Of a stretch of DNA of 64,000 nucleotides, positions 1 to 10,193 are shown in pieces. The position numbers and the translations under genes were made by a program. The notes below the pieces were generated by a model. The model ran no database searches, was not told the DNA's origin, and saw nothing but the letters and a program-made list of their open reading frames with translations. Every line of letters starts with the position of its first letter. Positions within the stretch are counted from its first letter, which is position 1. Source of the DNA: Acidimicrobiia bacterium (GTDB lineage Bacteria; Actinomycetota; Acidimicrobiia; Acidimicrobiales; Aldehydirespiratoraceae); contig JAJEJB010000049.1 in NCBI GenBank assembly GCA_022828135.1, positions 6,504-70,503 of the forward strand, written 5' to 3'.

Positions 1-237
1 CGGCTCGAGGAGCCGGGGGTGGGCGGCGATGCGCCGGTACGCCTCGTTGTAGCGGTGGGCGGCGAAGGCGCTGCGGGGTGCGCCGTTGTCCTCGCGCCAC
101 ACCTCCTCTCGCTGCAAGGCGAAGCAGATGTCGGCCTCGCGGCGCAGCAGAGCGGTCTCCGCGGCCGAGAAGACGTCGGGCAGGAACAGGTAGCCCGTCT
201 CGTCGAACTCCTGGAGTTGGTCGTCGGTGAGCCTCAT
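1..237 (-). CDS. PhyH-like (phytanoyl-CoA dioxygenase family) Fe(II)/2-oxoglutarate oxygenase, N-terminal part only; gene runs off the left edge
   Basis: Reverse-strand ATG at 237. Translation MRLTDDQLQEFDETGYLFLPDVFSAAETALLRREAD... looks like a PhyH/ectoine-hydroxylase-type N-terminus. Absent from the ORF track because the window truncates it. Confidence 0.55.
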   Translation of the reverse strand, partial: MRLTDDQLQEFDETGYLFLPDVFSAAETALLRREADICFALQREEVWREDNGAPRSAFAAHRYNEAYRRIAAHPRLLEP

Positions 238-419
238 CGCTCGTCCCCCCTGGATGTTGGCAGTGACGCTAGCGCAACTCGTTCGAGCCCCGCCCGTGGT
301 CCACCTTCGCGGGTCCGCGCGCTCAGCGGACCGCGGGCGCTACCGTGGCGGCAGGCGGGCGCGGGTCGCCTGGCTTGCCGATCGGCGGTCGCCTCGGACC
401 ACCCCATCAGGAGCTTTCC

Positions 420-1469
<1,050 letters not shown>

Positions 1470-1504
1470 ATCCGGTAGCGCAGAACCTGCAAATGAACCG
1501 GCCG

Positions 1505-1606
1505 AGAGGCCGAGCGGACGGGGAGCGACTTGTGAACATCGTCGCGGCGCGCCGAGCGAGGCCGTGGCCCGAGCGGCCCGTGAGCGCAGCGAACAAAAGC
1601 GGGAAT
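1505..1606 (+). repeat. about 100-nt intergenic repeat element, copy 1 (REP-like; same orientation as the flanking genes)
   Basis: The 49-nt core at 1558-1606 matches the reverse complement of 10092-10140 with 2 mismatches. A 13-nt box AGAGGCCGAGCGG lies exactly 53 nt upstream of the core in both copies. Confidence 0.75.
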
Positions 1607-1722
1607 AAAGCCGTGGCCTCAAACGGTATACCGGCTAGGGTGACGCCTGCGGGCCGGAGATGGTGGGTCTCAACCGTGGGTCGCGCCGTCCGCCCCCGCA
1701 CAGCGGGTGCAAAGGAGCATCA

Positions 1723-3609
1723 GTGACCGAGACTTCGGCACGGACCCAGGAGGTCCGAACGACCGATGGCATCGTCCTTCGCTTCGCGGGCGACTCCGGC
1801 GACGGCATGCAACTCACCGGCGACCGGTTCACCTCGGCCAGCGCCCTGTTCGGCAACGACCTGGCCACCCTGCCCGAGTTCCCTGCCGAGATCAGGGCCC
1901 CGGCCGGCACGCTGGCCGGCGTCTCGTCGTTCCAGGTTCACATCTCCGACCACGACATCACCACTCCCGGTGACGCCCCCACGGTCCTGGTGGCCATGAA
2001 CCCGGCTGCGCTGCAGTCCGACCTGCACCTGCTGAAGCCGGGCGGGACCGTCATCGTCAACGCCGACGCCTTCAACGAGCGCAACCTGGCCAAGGCCGGG
2101 TACGAGTCCAACCCGCTGGAGGACGGCAGCCTCGACGGCTACACGGTGGTCACCGCCCCCATGACCGACCTCACCAAGCGGGCTTGCCAGGACCTGGGCG
2201 TCAAGCCCCGCGACGCAGAGCGGTCCAAGAACTTCTTCGCCCTCGGGCTGGTGTCGTGGCTGTACTCGCGCCCGGTCAAGCCCACCGTCGACTGGATCGA
2301 CGGCAAGTTCGCAGGGCGCGACACGGTGATCGCGGCCAACAAGGCCGCCTTCGCCGCGGGCCACGCCTTCGGGGAGACCGCGGAGTTGGGCGCCAGCCGG
2401 CTCATGGTCAACCCGGCCGAGCTGGAGCCGGGCACCTACACCAACATCAACGGCAACACCGCGCTGTCGTGGGGGCTCATCGCCGCCTCCCAGCAGGCCG
2501 GCATACCGCTGTTCCTCGGCTCCTACCCGATCACGCCGGCCAGCGACGTGCTGCATGAGCTGGCCAGGCACAAGAACTTCGGGGTCCGCACCCTTCAGGC
2601 CGAGGACGAGATCGGCGCGGTGGGCGCCGCCCTCGGCGCGGCCTACGGGGGCCACATCGGCGTCACCACCACCTCGGGTCCCGGCATGGCCCTCAAGGCC
2701 GAGACCGTGGGCCTGGCCGTGAGCCTGGAGGTTCCGCTGGTGGTCATCGACATCCAGCGGGGCGGCCCGTCGACCGGCCTGCCGACCAAGACCGAGGCGG
2801 CTGACCTGCTCATGGCCATGTACGGCCGCCACGGCGAGGCGCCCCTGCCCATAGTGGCAGCCCAGAGCCCCTCGGACTGCTTCTTCACGGCCATCGAGGC
2901 GGTGCGCCTGGCTGTCGAGCACCGCACGCCGGTGATCCTGCTCTCGGACGGCTACTTGGCCAACAGCAGCGAACCGTGGCGCATCCCCGACGTCGAGCAG
3001 CTCGACTCCATCGCCGTCAATTTCGCCTCCAAGCCCAACCACGTGAACGACGAGGGCGAGTCCGTCTTCTGGCCCTTCCGCCGCGACGAGCGGCTGGTGC
3101 GCCCCTGGGCCATCCCCGGCACTCCGGGACTCATGCACCGCATCGGCGGGATCGAGAAGGAGGACGGCAGTGGCAACATCAGCTACGAGCCCGACAACCA
3201 CCAGGCCATGGTGCGGCTGCGGGCCGAGCGGATCGCCCTGATCGCCCACCACATCCCGCCCGCGGAGATCGTCGGCGACCCGGACGCGTCCGTCGCGGTG
3301 GTCAGCTGGGGCTCGACGTGGGGCGCCATCACCTCGGCCCGCCGCCGGATCGAGTCGGCCGGCCGCCGCCTGGCCCACATTCACCTGCGCCATCTGAACC
3401 CGCTGCCAGCCAACCTCGGGGACCTGCTGCGGTCGTTCGAGCGGGTCGTGGTGCCGGAGATGAACACCGGGCAGCTCTGCCGGATGCTGCGGGCCGAGTA
3501 TCTCGTCGACGCCCGGTCGGTGACCAAGGTCTCGGGCCAGCCCTTCACCGCGGCGGAGCTGGTGGAGGCGATCGGGGAGGCGATCGGGGCGACGGGAGAG
3601 CAACGATGA
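1723..3609 (+). CDS. korA: 2-oxoglutarate/2-oxoacid:ferredoxin oxidoreductase, alpha subunit
   Basis: FAGDSGDGMQLTG..., GSYPITPASD and TTSGPGMALK motifs. GTG at 1723 follows AAGGAG. Confidence 0.9.
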   Translation: MTETSARTQEVRTTDGIVLRFAGDSGDGMQLTGDRFTSASALFGNDLATLPEFPAEIRAPAGTLAGVSSFQVHISDHDITTPGDAPTVLVAMNPAALQSDLHLLKPGGTVIVNADAFNERNLAKAGYESNPLEDGSLDGYTVVTAPMTDLTKRACQDLGVKPRDAERSKNFFALGLVSWLYSRPVKPTVDWIDGKFAGRDTVIAANKAAFAAGHAFGETAELGASRLMVNPAELEPGTYTNINGNTALSWGLIAASQQAGIPLFLGSYPITPASDVLHELARHKNFGVRTLQAEDEIGAVGAALGAAYGGHIGVTTTSGPGMALKAETVGLAVSLEVPLVVIDIQRGGPSTGLPTKTEAADLLMAMYGRHGEAPLPIVAAQSPSDCFFTAIEAVRLAVEHRTPVILLSDGYLANSSEPWRIPDVEQLDSIAVNFASKPNHVNDEGESVFWPFRRDERLVRPWAIPGTPGLMHRIGGIEKEDGSGNISYEPDNHQAMVRLRAERIALIAHHIPPAEIVGDPDASVAVVSWGSTWGAITSARRRIESAGRRLAHIHLRHLNPLPANLGDLLRSFERVVVPEMNTGQLCRMLRAEYLVDARSVTKVSGQPFTAAELVEAIGEAIGATGEQR

Positions 3610-4619
3610 CCGACGTGCCCGTGACAACCCGCAAGGACTGGACCACCGACCAGGAGGTCCGCTGGTGCCCCGGCTGCGGCGACTACTCGATCCTCACCGC
3701 CGTGCAGCTGCTGATGCCCGAGCTGGGCGTGCGGCGCGAGGACACGGTCTTCGTGTCGGGGATCGGCTGCGCGGCCCGGTTCCCGTACTACATGAACACC
3801 TACGGCCTGCACGCCATCCACGGACGCTCGCCGGCGGTGGCCACCGGCCTGGCCATGGCCCGGGGCGACCTGCACGTCTGGGTGGTGGGCGGCGACGGCG
3901 ACATGATGTCGATCGGGGGCAACCACCTGATCCACGCGCTGCGCCGCAACGTGAACCTGAACATCCTGCTGTTCAACAACCAGATCTACGGGCTGACCAA
4001 GGGCCAGTACTCGCCCACCAGCGAGCGGGGCAAGGTCACCAAGTCCACCCCCCACGGATCCGTCGAGCAGCCGTTCAACGCGATCTCTCTGGCGCTGGGG
4101 GCCGAGGCGTCGTTCGTGGCCCGCACCCATGACATGGACCGGGGCCACATGCAGGAGATGTTCCGGCGGGCCCACAGCCATCCGGGGGCGGCGTTCGTCG
4201 AGGTCTTCCAGAACTGCAACGTGTTCAACGACGGCGCCTTCGCGGCCATCACCAAGCGCGACGCCCGCGACTCGATGCTCATCGACCTACGCCACGGCGA
4301 GCCGGTGCGCTTCGGAGCCGACGGCGAGTTCGGCGTGGTGATGGACGGCGGTCGGGCCAGGGTGGCGAAGGTCGCTGAGGTGGGCGTGGATGCGCTCGTG
4401 GTGCACGACGAGGCTGATCCCGATCCGTCGATGGCGTTCGCGCTGAGCCGTCTGGCCAACACCAACGACGTGCCCACCCCGATCGGGGTCTTCCGTGCCG
4501 TCGAGCGCTCGGAGTACGGCTCGGCCGTCACCTCCCAGATAGCCGCCTCCCAGTCGAAGGCCGGACCGGGCGACCTCCGCAAGCTGCTGCACTCCCGCCC
4601 CACCTGGCAAGTCGCCTGA
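3606..4619 (+). CDS. korB: 2-oxoglutarate/2-oxoacid:ferredoxin oxidoreductase, beta subunit (TPP-binding)
   Basis: WCPGCGDY and GGDGD...GGNH motifs. ATGA overlap with the korA stop. Confidence 0.9.
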   Translation: MTDVPVTTRKDWTTDQEVRWCPGCGDYSILTAVQLLMPELGVRREDTVFVSGIGCAARFPYYMNTYGLHAIHGRSPAVATGLAMARGDLHVWVVGGDGDMMSIGGNHLIHALRRNVNLNILLFNNQIYGLTKGQYSPTSERGKVTKSTPHGSVEQPFNAISLALGAEASFVARTHDMDRGHMQEMFRRAHSHPGAAFVEVFQNCNVFNDGAFAAITKRDARDSMLIDLRHGEPVRFGADGEFGVVMDGGRARVAKVAEVGVDALVVHDEADPDPSMAFALSRLANTNDVPTPIGVFRAVERSEYGSAVTSQIAASQSKAGPGDLRKLLHSRPTWQVA

Positions 4620-4633
4620 GCGGAGCCGGCCGA

Positions 4634-5425
4634 CTAGCTCTCGGGCACGTCGTAGGTCTGGGCCGTCAGGGCGCCGTCCACGATGAGGTTGATGCCCGAC
4701 ACGTACTGGGCCTCATCGGAGGCGAGGTACAGGAACGCGTGGGCGATGTCGTCCACGGACGCCAAGCGGTTGGCCGGCACCACCGGGAAGCCCTCGGTGC
4801 GCCACTTGTTCATCAGTTCCTCGCCGGCGAGGTCGACCGACTGCTGGGTGTCGGCCGGGCCCGGACCCACGCTGTTGCAGCGGATGTTGTAGGGCGCGCA
4901 CTCCACTGCGATGGCCTTGGTCAGCGCGGCCACCCCGGCCTTGGCCACGCAGTAGTGGGTGAAGCCTCGACCGTGCCCCAGCGCGGCGATCGACGAGGTG
5001 AACAGGATCACCCCGCCCCCGGTGTCCTTCATTGCCCGGGCCGCCCGGTTGCCCATCACGAAGTAGGCGTCGAGGTTCACCGACAGGACCCGGCGCCATT
5101 CGGTGTCGGTCATGTCGACGAACTCGGCAATGGTCCAGGCGGCCGCATTGGACACCATCACGTCGAGCTTCGGGTCGATGGCCAGAGCTTGATCGACCGC
5201 TTCGGCGCAGTTCTCCATGACGCCCAGATCGGTGTTGATGAGGTGCGGCGTGGCTCCCAACTCCTCGATCACCGGCGCGACCGCGTCCAGCCGTTCCTGC
5301 TTGTAGTCGAGCAGGTACAGGTTCCTGGCCCCCTCGGCAGCGAACAGCTCGGCCGTGCGGCGCCCGAATCCGCTGCCGGCCCCGGTCACGAAGACGTTGC
5401 GTCCCTCGAATCGTCGGCTCATCAT
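4634..5425 (-). CDS. SDR-family oxidoreductase (paralog of 15170-15958)
   Basis: TGAGSGFG Rossmann motif and YxxxK (YCVAKAG). Confidence 0.85.
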   Translation of the reverse strand: MMSRRFEGRNVFVTGAGSGFGRRTAELFAAEGARNLYLLDYKQERLDAVAPVIEELGATPHLINTDLGVMENCAEAVDQALAIDPKLDVMVSNAAAWTIAEFVDMTDTEWRRVLSVNLDAYFVMGNRAARAMKDTGGGVILFTSSIAALGHGRGFTHYCVAKAGVAALTKAIAVECAPYNIRCNSVGPGPADTQQSVDLAGEELMNKWRTEGFPVVPANRLASVDDIAHAFLYLASDEAQYVSGINLIVDGALTAQTYDVPES

Positions 5426-5583
5426 TGTCGTTCCTCCGGTCCTCGATGTTGGAGTTCGTCCGGCGTTGATTGCAAATCGGCCGGAGGCCGTCGCACGATG
5501 TCGTCTCCCCGCTCATCTGGAATGGCGGTTCCTTCGTCGATTGGGTCAATATGGCTGCCCGACCTACAAGCCCGGAGGCAACC

Positions 5584-5949
5584 GTGATCAAAGTAATCGG
5601 CACCGCATACAAGCGCGACGACTTCTCGACCCAGGAGTTCTTCGACTACTGGCGGGACATCCACGCGCCCATCTCGGCGAAGATCGGCCCGATGCGCGGC
5701 TACGTGGTCTCCGAAGTGATCAGGAAGGTCCAGGGAGAGCTGCACGCCGAGGCGTTCATCGAGCAGTGGTGGGACGACCTGGACGCGTTCGAGAAGGCGG
5801 GCGAGACGCCCGAGATGGAGGTCGCCTGGGCGGACGTCTCGAACTACGCCAAGACCACCGGGACGTTCTGGGTGACGAAGGAGCACGTCTACATCCCGCC
5901 TCCCATCCCGCGGGGCGGCACCTTGAGCAGGCAGGCCTGGCTGGCCTAG
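5584..5949 (+). CDS. EthD-domain protein
   Basis: IKVIGTAYKRDDFSTQEFFDYWRDIHAP is typical of EthD. GTG at 5584 lies 5 nt after GGAGG; an alternative ATG is at 5551. Confidence 0.65.
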   Translation: MIKVIGTAYKRDDFSTQEFFDYWRDIHAPISAKIGPMRGYVVSEVIRKVQGELHAEAFIEQWWDDLDAFEKAGETPEMEVAWADVSNYAKTTGTFWVTKEHVYIPPPIPRGGTLSRQAWLA

Positions 5950-5961
5950 CGGCAGAATCCC

Positions 5962-7188
5962 CTACGTCGAATCCGTCGGCGGGTCCAGGACCCTCCTCAG
6001 TTCGGGAACCCAATCCAGGCGGGTCTCGCTGAGCATCCCGTAGTTGGTGATGCTCAAGTCGTTGAATCCCATCTGGCTGATGGTGCCGAAGCGGCGCCTG
6101 GCGTCGTCGAGCGTCGCCAGGTATTGCGGTGCGAGGTTCAGAACGACGTTGACCCTCGATGGGTCGAAGTAGCGGCCTGCATAATCCAGCTCGGCGCGAG
6201 TCCAGCCCTCATCGACTTTGGCCGCGCCCGGACCGCCGGCCGTGTAGCCGAAGACGATCAGCCGGTCGAGGACTCGTGACCAGGCTGCGAAGTCGGTGCC
6301 CTCGATCCAGGTGCTGTGTTCGAGGGTCGGCGGGAAGATGGCCGAGAAGCAGTGGAGCTCCGTGCTCTCGCTGCGGCATTGCTCCGCCAGCGAAGCAACA
6401 AGGGAGGCCACGGTCTCTTGCCGGTACGAGATGAGCGCCTGGAGGTCATCGTTCGCCGCAAGTGCTTCTCTCACGTCCTCCACGCCGACGCTCCAGACGT
6501 CGTCGCGCCACCGTCTCTCCAAATCCCGGCTGATCGCCGCCCGCAGCTCGAAGATCGAGATCCCCTCCCGGCGGGCTCCGGCCATGCATGCATCGCAGAA
6601 GCACAGCGACAGGAGCAGTTCCTCGAGCGGTCCGTGGCCGACGTACTCGGCCTCATGGTGGTGGAAATGGCGATAGCCGAGATAGCCGATCGACTCGAGC
6701 CTGATGGCGCCGAAGATGCCCGACCGCGCCAGTTCGCCGACCAGGGACTCGGCGAACCGGCGAGCCTGCGGATGGGAGGGGCACAGCGCATAGCTGTAGG
6801 GGTTCCTGAAGCAGTTCCGCACAACGCCGAGGGGGAGCCTCCGGCCGAGCTCGGAGCCGTGCATCGGCATCGCCCATGCGTCGAGCCGGATTCCCCGGTC
6901 TGAGAGGGCCTCCGCCAGTCCCTGCCAGAACCGCTTGCCCGATCTGGGTGCGGACTCCGACTCCATCCCGGCAAAGGGTGCCTCGAGGCTCTCGAACGGG
7001 TAGTTCGCCCCGGGCCCACCCAGGAGACGGACCTTGTGTTCCCGTGCCCGCGGCAGGATGGCACGGCCGGAGTGATAGAGAACACTGGGGCTCGCCGATG
7101 TGACGCCTAGTTCTTCCAGGCGCGCCGCGAATCGGTCGATCCCCTCATCCTCGATGTCCCAAGGAAAGACCCAGAACCCGACCGGCAT
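5962..7188 (-). CDS. hypothetical protein, last gene of the sugar ABC operon
   Basis: 408-aa ORF with protein-like composition, co-directional and tightly spaced with 7209-8243. No motif recognised. Confidence 0.55.
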   Translation of the reverse strand: MPVGFWVFPWDIEDEGIDRFAARLEELGVTSASPSVLYHSGRAILPRAREHKVRLLGGPGANYPFESLEAPFAGMESESAPRSGKRFWQGLAEALSDRGIRLDAWAMPMHGSELGRRLPLGVVRNCFRNPYSYALCPSHPQARRFAESLVGELARSGIFGAIRLESIGYLGYRHFHHHEAEYVGHGPLEELLLSLCFCDACMAGARREGISIFELRAAISRDLERRWRDDVWSVGVEDVREALAANDDLQALISYRQETVASLVASLAEQCRSESTELHCFSAIFPPTLEHSTWIEGTDFAAWSRVLDRLIVFGYTAGGPGAAKVDEGWTRAELDYAGRYFDPSRVNVVLNLAPQYLATLDDARRRFGTISQMGFNDLSITNYGMLSETRLDWVPELRRVLDPPTDST

Positions 7189-7208
7189 CCGTCCTCCTGT
7201 CCTTGGCT

Positions 7209-8243
7209 TCAGTCCTCGACGGCCGCCGGTGTTCCCGACTCCGCGGCACGACCGATCGCTTCCACGACGGCTTGGACATGCACCGCGTCCTCAATCGAAG
7301 CGACACCCGTGTGGAGGTCGCCCCGGACATGGGCCAGGAAGTCGAAGAGCTCGTCGCGCAGCGCTCCGCCCACCCCCAGTGCCGAGGCGGGAAACAGTGT
7401 GGACTCGGGCACGTAGGTCCGCTCGTCGGTCATCAGCATGAGCGACGGGTCGTACAGGGAGAGCGTCTCGACAGCCAACGTGCCGTGCACCTCGAAGTGC
7501 GCGTCGAGAACGCCGGCGCCCTCATCCTCGCGGCCCAGCGGGCCGATGATGTTGGCCGGCGCGCCGTCGGGAATGAGCCAGGACGTCTCCAGCACAGCCA
7601 CAGCTCCGCCGTCGAACTCCAGGACGGCCACAACAGCCTCAGGCGGGGGTCCTCCCAGGAACTTCTGGCCCCACGCCGACACGCGAACGCAACGCTGCTT
7701 GGTGAGCCAGGTCGCCAGATCGATGTCGTGAACCATGCTCTCCAGTACGGGATGGCTGTGCTTGCCCCACGTCTCGAACCAGGTGCGGGAGCAATTCCGC
7801 TTGGAACGGATCAGCACCACGCGGCCGAGGCGCCCGCTGTTCACATGGTCGTGCAGCAGCTGGTGGCGGGCCTCGTACCGCAGGATGTAGCCCGCTTGGA
7901 ATATGAGGCCGTGCTGATGGGCGAGGTTCTTCAGCTCCCGGGCCTCGGCCCAGGACAGCGCCAGCGGCTTCTCGGAGAACACGTGGATGCCGGCCTCGAG
8001 AGCGGCACGGCTGATTGCCGCATGACTGTCCGACGACGAGGCGACGATCACGCAGTCCGGCTCCATGCCCTGGAGCATCTCGACCGCGTCGTCGAAGATC
8101 GCTGCTTGCGGGTGCTCCTGTGCCGCCTGGTGCCGGCGGTCCGCACTCAGCTCGGCAATGGCGAATTCGGTGACGAACGGATTGGCCGCTATGACCTGGG
8201 CGTGCCGGATGGCGAAACCGAAGCCGGCGAGTCCTACCTTCAT
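7209..8243 (-). CDS. Gfo/Idh/MocA-family oxidoreductase
   Basis: N-terminal MKVGLAGFGF Rossmann and EKP motif (FSEKPLA). Confidence 0.85.
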   Translation of the reverse strand: MKVGLAGFGFAIRHAQVIAANPFVTEFAIAELSADRRHQAAQEHPQAAIFDDAVEMLQGMEPDCVIVASSSDSHAAISRAALEAGIHVFSEKPLALSWAEARELKNLAHQHGLIFQAGYILRYEARHQLLHDHVNSGRLGRVVLIRSKRNCSRTWFETWGKHSHPVLESMVHDIDLATWLTKQRCVRVSAWGQKFLGGPPPEAVVAVLEFDGGAVAVLETSWLIPDGAPANIIGPLGREDEGAGVLDAHFEVHGTLAVETLSLYDPSLMLMTDERTYVPESTLFPASALGVGGALRDELFDFLAHVRGDLHTGVASIEDAVHVQAVVEAIGRAAESGTPAAVED

Positions 8244-8265
8244 TACTTGGCGACGCCCTGGGTCA

Positions 8266-9141
8266 TCACTTGGCGACGCCTTGGGCCAGCCCCCGCACGA
8301 CGTAGCGCTGGAATACGAGCGCGAGCAGCACCGGCGGCACGACCGCGAGTACAGTCGCAGCTGCCAGCGTTGTCCAGTTGAACTGGAAGAAGCCCCGGAA
8401 GCCTGCGAGGACCGGTGGGATCGTCAACTGGTTGGTCAACGTCAGCGCGTAGAAGAACTCTCCCCAGCTCTCGAGGAACACCAGACAGGCGGCCGCGATG
8501 AAGCCGGGCCTGGCGATGGGGCGTATCACATACCAGAGCGCCTGAAGCCGCGAGGCCCCGTCCACCAGGGCTGCCTCGTCCAGTTCGCGGGGCAGCCCGT
8601 CGAAGTAGTTCTTGAGGACCAGGATGGTGATCGGCAGCGTGAACGAGGTGTAGACGATCACGAGTCCGTAGCGGCTGTTGATGAGGCCCAGGTCGCGGAG
8701 GGCGACGAAGAAGGCGGCCACGATCGCGATCGGGGGCACGAGACGAGCGAAGAGAACGGAGAAGTAGCTCAGCCGGGAGCCTCGGAACCGGAACCGTGAC
8801 ATCGAATAGGCGGCGGTACCGCCTAGGGCGAGGTTCGCCACCACAGTGAGGATGCCTACGGCGAGACTCTCTCCCAGCGCCGTCAGCACCCTGAGGCCTA
8901 CCTGGGCGCCGCCGGGAGCGACTTGGCCGGCGAGGATCGCGCTGTAGTTCCCCAGGGTCGGCTCCTCCGGGATCCAGTGCGGCGGTACCGCCACCGCCTC
9001 GGCGGGAGTCATGAAGCTGCTGTTGACGAGGAACCAGAACGGGAACAGCACCCAGACGGCGAACAGCACGAGAGCCGCGTACAGCAGTGCGGTGACCGCT
9101 CGTCTCCTGAGAACTGGTCGACTCAGCGTCCTGCTCGCCAT
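8266..9141 (-). CDS. carbohydrate ABC transporter permease (MalG-like)
   Basis: Multi-TM protein with an EAA-loop-like DGASRLQALWYVIRPIARPG. Confidence 0.85.
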   Translation of the reverse strand: MASRTLSRPVLRRRAVTALLYAALVLFAVWVLFPFWFLVNSSFMTPAEAVAVPPHWIPEEPTLGNYSAILAGQVAPGGAQVGLRVLTALGESLAVGILTVVANLALGGTAAYSMSRFRFRGSRLSYFSVLFARLVPPIAIVAAFFVALRDLGLINSRYGLVIVYTSFTLPITILVLKNYFDGLPRELDEAALVDGASRLQALWYVIRPIARPGFIAAACLVFLESWGEFFYALTLTNQLTIPPVLAGFRGFFQFNWTTLAAATVLAVVPPVLLALVFQRYVVRGLAQGVAK

Positions 9142-9151
9142 CGCTTCTCGC

Positions 9152-10093
9152 TCACGCGGCCAACGGGTCGTCTCGTCCGAGCAGTATCAGTGCGATCGAG
9201 CTCACAAGCACTGCGACGACTCCCAGCATCACCGCCAGCGCCGATCCTGCTCCTATGTCCGAGAAAATGAAGAGCTGCCGGTACAGCAGGATCGGTAGCA
9301 GGGTCGTGGCATCACCGGGTCCGCCCTGGGTCATCACCCAGACCGTGTCGAATTGGAGAACCCCGTAGATCACGTTGATGATGACAACCACCAGCAGCAT
9401 CGGGCGGATCCAGGGGAAGACAACCCCACGGAACCGTTGCCACGCCGTGGCCCCGTCGACCTTCGCCGCTTCGACTATCTCGTTGGGGAGCGTCTGGAGA
9501 GAAGCCAGGAACAGGAGGGCCGAGAACGACGCCTGGTGCCAGGCGGCCGCCAGGATCGTGAAGACGAGCGCCCATTCCCGGTCGGCCAGGAACGGCTTGT
9601 AGTCCTCGATCACACCGATTTCGAACAGGACCGCGTTGAGTCCGCCCACCTGCGGGTCGATGAGCCACTTCCACATCACCCCCGCGATGATGACGGGCGT
9701 GGCCCATGGGATGATCAGGAGTGCCCGGGCGATGCCCCGCCCTCGCAGCGGCTGGTCGAGCAGCAGCGCGAAGAGCAGTCCGAGGACCGTGGCCAGGAGG
9801 ACGTATCCGGCCGTGTATTGCAGGGTGACCACGAGCGATTCGACGAAGGACTCGTCTCCGAGAACCTTCCCGTAGTTGTCGGTGCCGACGAACGTGGCGG
9901 GATCGTCCGAGAGCGGGACCCGCTGGAAGCTGTAGATCAACGTCTGTATGCCTGGAATGCCGACGACCAGGACCAGCGAGATGATGGCGGGGAGCGCGAG
10001 GACCAGGCCGAACTGCCGGTCGCTCAACCGGGACCCGGCTTGGGGTGGCGCCTTGGTGCGGGCCGCCGTCGTCTCGCGGCGCGGCGTTGTCAT
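9152..10093 (-). CDS. carbohydrate ABC transporter permease (MalF-like)
   Basis: EAAKVDGATAWQRFRGVVFPWIRP EAA loop; multi-TM. Confidence 0.85.
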   Translation of the reverse strand: MTTPRRETTAARTKAPPQAGSRLSDRQFGLVLALPAIISLVLVVGIPGIQTLIYSFQRVPLSDDPATFVGTDNYGKVLGDESFVESLVVTLQYTAGYVLLATVLGLLFALLLDQPLRGRGIARALLIIPWATPVIIAGVMWKWLIDPQVGGLNAVLFEIGVIEDYKPFLADREWALVFTILAAAWHQASFSALLFLASLQTLPNEIVEAAKVDGATAWQRFRGVVFPWIRPMLLVVVIINVIYGVLQFDTVWVMTQGGPGDATTLLPILLYRQLFIFSDIGAGSALAVMLGVVAVLVSSIALILLGRDDPLAA

Positions 10094-10193
10094 TCCCGCT
10101 CTTGTTCGCTTCGCTCACGGGCCGCTCGGGCCACGGCCTCGCTATGCACCCCTACGGCAACTGCCAGCGGGATGGGTCAACCGCTCGGCCTCT
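10092..10193 (-). repeat. about 100-nt intergenic repeat element, copy 2
   Basis: Reverse complement matches 1505-1606 (core 47/49 identical; 13-nt box at the same 53-nt offset). It fills the whole binding-protein/permease intercistronic gap. Confidence 0.75.
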
